The position numbers were made by a program, and so were the translations under genes. From Eledone cirrhosa (Eukaryota), in assembly GCA_964016885.1 (NCBI GenBank), contig OZ024741.1, positions 228,408,001 to 228,472,000 on the forward strand: a stretch of 64,000 nt of DNA, written 5' to 3'. This document shows positions 54,351 through 64,000 of the stretch, piece by piece. Numbering within the stretch: the stretch's first letter is position 1; each line of letters starts with the position of its first letter. The notes beneath the pieces are model-generated. The model was not told the DNA's origin. It did not search any database and saw only the letters and a list, made by a program, of their open reading frames with translations.

Positions 54351-54584
54351 GTGGTAAGTCTGTATATGGACGGATGTATTTGTTTGTGTGTGTATACATG
54401 ATGATACAGACAAACATAAATATATATCGTTTGAACAATCAGAAACGTGAAACTGTCGGAGTTACTATTCTAGTAGCTTCAGGTTCTAAGAATCTGTGTG
54501 TATGCATGTGTGAAACACACGCACACACATATATATATAGATGTATATATATATATATGTGTATATATGTATATATATATGAAC

Positions 54585-54625
<41 letters not shown>

Positions 54626-54684
54626 GAACTATATATATATAGTTCAAGAATAGACAAGACAAACATAGAGATGCAAAACATAGT

Positions 54685-54734
<50 letters not shown>

Positions 54735-54737
<3 letters not shown>

Positions 54738-56586
54738 CGAAGGAAATGTGGTAAGGAACCAGATGGACCATAATGCACCAAAGTACTCAATACTCAAGCA
54801 GTTTCGATGATTAATTCTGGACTAAATAAGAATTTTTAGCCTAGTAAATAAATAGCCGAACTTCTCAGGGGGTAATTCCATATATGGTAAAATAGTGATT
54901 GTCACAAGGATTTGTCAAAAGTTTGTTGTTAAGGCATATGATTCCATCATGGCATTTTGTGAAGGGTAGGGTAGTTGAACTTGCCGGTAGAAGAAAGAGG
55001 GAGAGGGAGTGGAGGAAACCCAGTCAAGCGTTGAAAGTGAAATCTATACAGCAGATTCTAAGGGTAGCGTATAGAAGGTCGAAAAAAGTGTACTAGAGAA
55101 GGGGGGGGGGGCAGTTGAAAAAATAGGTAAATCGAAAGGGAGAAAACAAAAAAGCCATCATAAAAATGAGGAAATGTATAAAAAATATAAAAAACAATTT
55201 CTGGTTACTACTCCAATTCCACAATCACCAAATCTCTCATTGGTATTGCTAAGCTATAGAAAAGTGTAATAGGTGGAGAAGAATACTAAATACGAGATGC
55301 TGTTTTCGAAGGACCAACTCCTAAACAAGAAAGACGAACTGGTAACTGCATGCAAACACAGATTGCGTAGGACTTACCTCACCCTCAAACCCCATAATGA
55401 CCCGGGGGGGGGGGGGGGGGGGTAGACAAGGGCTGAAACACCTCACTTGCCGACTTTGTAAGGGGTAACCACTGCTTACAAAGATAGACGTAACTTTTTT
55501 ATATTTTTTATCTTTTCCTCTATATTTCCTTCTTCCCCCATCTCTTCCTAGTCCTTCCACCCCAGATCTCCTTCCTTGTCGTTCTTTTTTTTTTCACCTT
55601 CTCGCCCACCCGATGCAGCCCATCGGTCCTCTGTAGCCTCAGTGCCCCCCTCTAATTTTAAGATAGAATTGGCCGATTACGCTTTTTATAGCAGATGCGT
55701 TAGACCCCAGATAATTGCTTTCTTTCTTTCTAGTTGCTGCCCCATTTCCGTGATTTCTAAATTTCTTGGTGGTATTTCTGCATTAGTTTCTTGTTTATTA
55801 GTATTTATCTTTTGGGATTCTGAATTAATATTTCGTATTAGTTTTGTTTATATATATTGTATTAGTATTTATGTATATTGTATTAGTATTTATGTATTGT
55901 ATTAGTATTTATATATATTGTATTAGTATGTTTTGGGATTCTGAATTAATATTTCGTATTAGTTTTCTAGTATGTTTGACCTCAACTTATTAACCTGTCA
56001 TTGTAAGATAGCATTGGCTGATTACTACTAACTATAGTAGTGGTGTTAGACCCCCTGTAATGATGGCTTTATAAAATTCTTTCACTACAATCTCGTCTTT
56101 CGTATTCCTCTCCACCTATTAAAGTTTTCTATAGCTTAGCAATACCAGTGAGAGATTTGATGATTGGTGATGGTTTTTATATTTTTTATACAATTCCTCA
56201 TTTTTATAATGGCTTTTTTATTTACTCCCTTTCGATTTACCTATTTTTCACCCCCCCTCCCCTTCTCTAGTACACTTTTTTCGACCTTCTATAGAATCTG
56301 CTGTATCTATTTCACTTTCAACGCTTGACTGGATTTCCTCCACTCCCTCTCCCTCTTTCTTCTACCGGCAAGTTCAGCTACTCCTATCCTCCACAAAATG
56401 CCATGATAGAATGATATGTCTTAACAACAAACTTTTGACCAATCCTTCTGACAATCACTATTTTTCCATATATGGAAGTTTCCCTGAGAAGTTCGGCTAT
56501 TTATTTACCAGGCTAAAAATTCTTATTTAGTCCAGAATTAGCCGTCGAAACGGCTTGAGCTCTGCCGTCGGGGTCATACTTGTTCC

Positions 56587-56590
<4 letters not shown>
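54735..56590 (+). mobile_element. 5'-truncated Naiad-type PLE with inverted pLTR
   Basis: 55288-55405 encodes KYEMLFSKDQLLNKKDELVTACKHRLRR; 54800-55278 is inverted at 56109-56550; (TA)n flanks. Confidence 0.75.
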
Positions 56591-56622
<32 letters not shown>

Positions 56623-56932
56623 AGTGAGTGTGTGTGTGTGTGTGCATATGCATACATATATATGTATATGTATGGATATGTATATATATATATATATATA
56701 TATACATATATACTATATTGTATAGAGATATATGGCAAACCTTCCTAGGAATACGAAGTTTCCCGAATCAAGTTGATTTTGCCTCGTTCCTCAGCCGTAT
56801 CCAGATAATTACTGCCGGTGATACTTCCGTAAAATCCCCTCTGAAAAACCATCCCTCGGAGATATGTGTATTTGTGTGTGTGGGTATATATATATATATA
56901 TATATATACACCCACACACACAAACACTCACA

Positions 56933-57260
56933 TCTCATTTGGCAAAGCCTTTGCGCACTCTATATTTGTGTAATTTGCCTAAAGGCAAAACTTGTCTCTA
57001 ACTGTTTTGTTATGTTCCAATGTACACTAGAATGAACGTTAACGTCCTTAATGTACCAAAACCATAGTGATTTCTAGAAGCTGATTGTACATTGGGACAT
57101 AACAAAACAGTTAGAGACAAGTTTTGCCTTTAGGGAAATTACACAAATATAGAGTGCGCAAAGGCTTTGCCAAATGAGGGAAAGTATATAAAGGAAAGAA
57201 ATAGTATAAAAGAAGAGGAAGAACTGTTGTCCAACGGGCAGACAGAGAAGGCCACTGTGG
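56933..57260. repeat. Fold-back element (~92-bp arms)
   Basis: 56933-57025 is inverted at 57086-57178. Confidence 0.75.
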
Positions 57261-57430
57261 CATAGAAAAGGTACACACACACGCACACACACACACGCAC
57301 ACACACATACACACACACATAAATATATATTAAGACCTTCTTCCTGCTATATCAAGCGTTAACTTAATATACACCTTCCATATACTGTACCGATTGTATT
57401 ATTATTTCTGTTTACCTTTTACATACATAT

Positions 57431-57464
<34 letters not shown>

Positions 57465-57478
57465 TATATATATATATA

Positions 57479-57781
57479 CAGTGTATCCACAGCATCCGCG
57501 GTCGCAGTTATTCGCGGGAATTTCCTTAGTAGCTAACGAATAATTGTTCGCGGAAACCGCTGCATATTTACGGAATCGTAAATATCTTCCGCATTTTTTA
57601 ATATCTTTTCGTAGCAATATATATATTTTTTAACGCTAAATTATTAATAACAATATAACGTATATTTTACGTTATATTTTGACGTTTATATGCCTTTTTA
57701 TGAGCCACGTCCAATATTTGCAGTTTTCCACACATTGTGGGTGTTCTAGAAGCGTAACCGCCGCGTATATTGGGCGACAAC

Positions 57782-57783
<2 letters not shown>
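57479..57783. mobile_element. Tc1/mariner (Tigger/pogo-like) MITE in (TA)n
   Basis: Imperfect TIRs TA|CAGTgtatcc..atccgcgg and ccgcgtatattgggcgacaACT(A)|TA. Confidence 0.5.
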
Positions 57784-57865
<82 letters not shown>

Positions 57866-58034
57866 AAAGTTCTATTTAAAATTGTTGGGATACAACAAGT
57901 AAATATTTTTATAACTGATATAAAGCACTCGACAAGTATTTGGAGTAGATATACTATACAGATGGCTTCCAAAAATAATGGTTGCATTTTAATAGGGTAC
58001 GTCAAAGCTTATTTGTAAAACTGTTATATATTGT

Positions 58035-58097
58035 ATTTTGTCTGATGAAGGCATACCATAATTTAATTTGGTATCCCTGAAATATGTATAATGAAAT
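58035..58097 (+). ncRNA. Minimal type I HHR (family of 6352 and 9636)
   Basis: attttgt-CTGATGA(58042)-aggcatacca..tggtatccct-GAAA(58079)-tatgta-TA^atgaaat. Confidence 0.78.
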
Positions 58098-58137
58098 AAA
58101 TATGGTTTTATAAATATAGTTTCCATTTATTAATATC

Positions 58138-61411
<3,274 letters not shown>

Positions 61412-61878
61412 AAGGTCAAAAACAAACAAATCGACATCGATTGAATGCACTCTGAAGAATGGTATAGCTTCAAAACATATGCGTGTGTATGTGATTGTAT
61501 GTGTTTGTCTGTGTTCGGGATTGCGTTTATTGTTTGTTTAAGTCCTATAACTTAAGTCCTATAACTTAGAATTCGAATAAAAAAAGGATCACACTTGAAA
61601 AAATATGCCGCCTAATAATTGAAATTAATAATGAATTTTGTGAGGCTTTTGATATGAAATCGTGTGTCCAAACAAATATTGTTATACTTGGGGAGGGTCA
61701 TATTGTTGTTATAATATTGCCAGAAATAATAACAGAACACACTCACTGTTTGGTTGGTTTTCGCTTCTGTATCTTTTATATCTCCACAGTTAATTCATTT
61801 GGTCCTCAACGTTTATCATTGACTGACGAACGGTCAAAAATACAGATATAATATAGATATAAACACATATATAAAGTC

Positions 61879-61922
61879 TAACAAAGTTCTTTCGTTGCAC
61901 ATTTGCAACATCATCAGTGGTA
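61879..61922 (-). ncRNA. HHR motif in PLE pLTR (second copy 62140-62183)
   Basis: tacca-CTGATGA-t-gttgca-aatg-tgcaac-GAAA-gaac-TT^tgtta. Stem II is perfect and covaries with the 51983 copy; stem I is weak. Confidence 0.65.
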
Positions 61923-62419
61923 CTATTATGTTCCTCCTGTTGTTATACGTGGGGAGGGTCATATTGTTGTAATAAAATTGCCAGAAATTATAACAGAACA
62001 CACTCACTGTTTGGTTGGTTTTCGCTTCTGTATCTTTTATATCTCCACAGTTAATTCGTTTGGTCCTCAATGTTTATCATTGACTGACGAACGGTCAAAA
62101 ATACAGATATAATATAGATATAAACACATATATAAAGTCTAACAAAGTTCTTTCGTTGCACATTTGCAACATCATCAGTGGTACTATTATGTTTCTCCTG
62201 TTGTAGTGTATGTCTACGCCATTTTGATTTTTATTTTATCTGTTTATTTATTTATTTTTGTCTTCTTCTCTGCGCATGCGTTTGCGTGTGTGTATAGTGT
62301 TTGGTGTGTGTTCGCATTTGGGTGACTGTGTTTTGGTTATTGTATTCTATCTTAGTTTACTAGTGTGTATTTATATGTGTTTGTTGTTATTGTGCTTATG
62401 TATATATTTATTTATTTAT

Positions 62420-64000
62420 TTATATTTCTCTTAAGTCAGTATTGTTTCTTTGGGTGTTGTTATTCCATTCATTTTTTCTGTTTAGCTTTGGCCTTCTAAG
62501 CTCTATTTCGCTTGCCTCTCTGATTTGCTTATCCGCTGAATCATTTCTATGTTTAGATATTATTTTAATTTCTATGTTGTCTATGTTACCGTCATGTTGT
62601 CTGGCGTGTTCGTATTGTACTGAACCGTTTTTTCGTCCTTTTAGTTCCCCCCAGTGTTGGGCTATCCTTTCTCCTACGCTACGAGCTGTGTCGCCTATGT
62701 ATGTTTTTGTCATGTTTCTGCAAGTACCCTTTGTATATCTTATGCTATAGACTACGTTTCTAGTTTTACAGTTTATCCGGGGGGTTTACTTTATAACACA
62801 TTTCCTATTAGTACAGTTCATTTTCTTAAAAGGGTATGTTTTGCTGATCATAGATTTTATGGTAGTTCCTGGCTTTTCTACCACTTTAATCTTTAAGTGG
62901 GTCTTTCTCAGGGCCTTTCTACACTGGTTAGCTAATTTCCCTCCACGGGTAGCGTCCACGAACATGACACTCTGATATCCCTGGTTGTCGTACCATAAGG
63001 TGGCTTTTCCTATCTTATGTTTAGTCCTATCTAAGCTATTCTATGATTTGCCTCTGTATAATGGGCAAATTCCTTTCATGTCCAGTTCTATGAGGGTCTT
63101 ATACTTCTCCGTGGCTCCTTTGTATACTCTGATTCTGTCTCTTTGGTTGTAGCCAGAGAACTGCATGCGGTTAATGAAGTGTTGGATGTGTCTTTCCATT
63201 TCTGTTGGGTCGCACATGCGGGACACGTTCTTCATCACTCGTACCAAGTCTGCGATCAGAATATTAAACTTAGCACTACTGGACAATGCTGAGTTTTTGA
63301 GTATCAGGTATTTGGAGTCCATGGGTTTAGCGTAGTGTAAGTGGAGAATTTGGGCCTTCTCGCCTATAGTGTTAATCCAGAGTTCCGTGTCTAATACAGG
63401 TAGTGTACTGTTAGGGTGTTTGGAAGGGCAGTCAATAGTTACAGTTATACTCTGGTGTATCGAGTTAGCTATCTGCTGGATGCTTTCCATTGTACTACAT
63501 TCTAAATCATACTTGTTAGTACTCTCTTGTGGGGGTGTCCTTATTACTATATTGATATCGTCTACATAACGAGAGTACATGATGAGGTCTATGGAGCTCT
63601 CACCAAGGAGATCTTTGAGTCTCCTTTCCCACCATACCATAAAAAGGTTGGCAACGTCCCCAGCTATGCTGACGCCAGTGGCTGCTCCCTCATTTTGGGT
63701 GTAGATCTTTTCGTTGAATTTGAATATGTGGCCCTTTAGGCTAGTTTTAATACTAGCCCCTATTGCATGCGCGACCATTTTTCTTACCTGATCATTGTTT
63801 TGGGGGTCCGTATTGCTTTGGTCCACCCAATCTACCTTCCTATGGGAGTCGTTTTTGCCATTGAATTTATGGTGTGGGGGGGGGGGGGGGTTACCTCTTA
63901 TGGGTCTACTGGGGCAGAAACGGCTAAGGTCTTGGCTGTCTAGGTAGTCGTCGGTGTCATAGGTAAGTCTAAGTAGGAGGCCCAGTTCATCTGTGTCGAC
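62420..64000 (-). pseudogene. Disrupted PLE RT/GIY-YIG ORF
   Basis: ORFs 63041-63826 and 62420-62713 are separated by a TAG (likely W) and further stops or frameshifts. Confidence 0.85.

Larger units (their letters stand above)
61640..64000 (-). mobile_element. Penelope-like element (RT + GIY-YIG) with tandem 261-bp pLTRs, running off the window
   Basis: RT: FKFNEKIYTQNEGAATG..YSRYVDD..LPVLD..YAKPM..SALS..FSGY. EN: CKTRNVVY..TYIGDTARSVGERIAQH..QIREA..LNRKNEW. 61690-61950 repeats at 61951-62205. Confidence 0.9.

Noticed and set aside
53255-54754. Long ORFs (up to 354 aa) of HTYI/MYVC
   Set aside because: Translations of (TACA)n/(CA)n microsatellites.
56761-57000. HHR-like remnants (CTGAGGA..AAAA; gccttt/aaaggc-AAAA-cttgTC)
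   Set aside because: GAAA is absent and stem I cannot be formed; too degenerate to call.
61446-61486. CTGAAGA..CAAAA motif
   Set aside because: GAAA is missing and the stems are weak.

Overview
Eukaryotic, very AT-rich and microsatellite-dense intergenic or intronic DNA. The SINE content and simple-repeat load suggest a cephalopod (Octopus-like) genome, which is an inference. I found no intact host gene; almost all ORFs in the track are translations of (TA)n, (CA)n, (TACA)n or (AAC)n repeats. The window is dominated by Penelope-like retroelements (PLEs): three ORF-bearing copies with RT plus GIY-YIG domains, one of them Naiad-type, and many non-coding terminal-repeat (pLTR) derivatives. These occur as tandem and fold-back arrays, nearly always embedded in (TA)n tracts. 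By eye I count about 30 hammerhead-ribozyme (HHR) motifs, roughly two dozen with an intact CUGANGA/GAAA core, from at least 8 families. The most striking is a near-identical 5-unit tandem array at 58.6-61.3 kb. Each unit carries one minimal type I HHR and a variable internal (TA)n, like a retrozyme, and a diverged sister array at 49.9-50.8 kb shows stem covariation. Also present: an ~11.4 kb 21-bp satellite, ~17 tRNA-derived SINEs, L1/Tx1 and RTE fragments, hAT and Tigger-like MITEs and a Helitron-like end.
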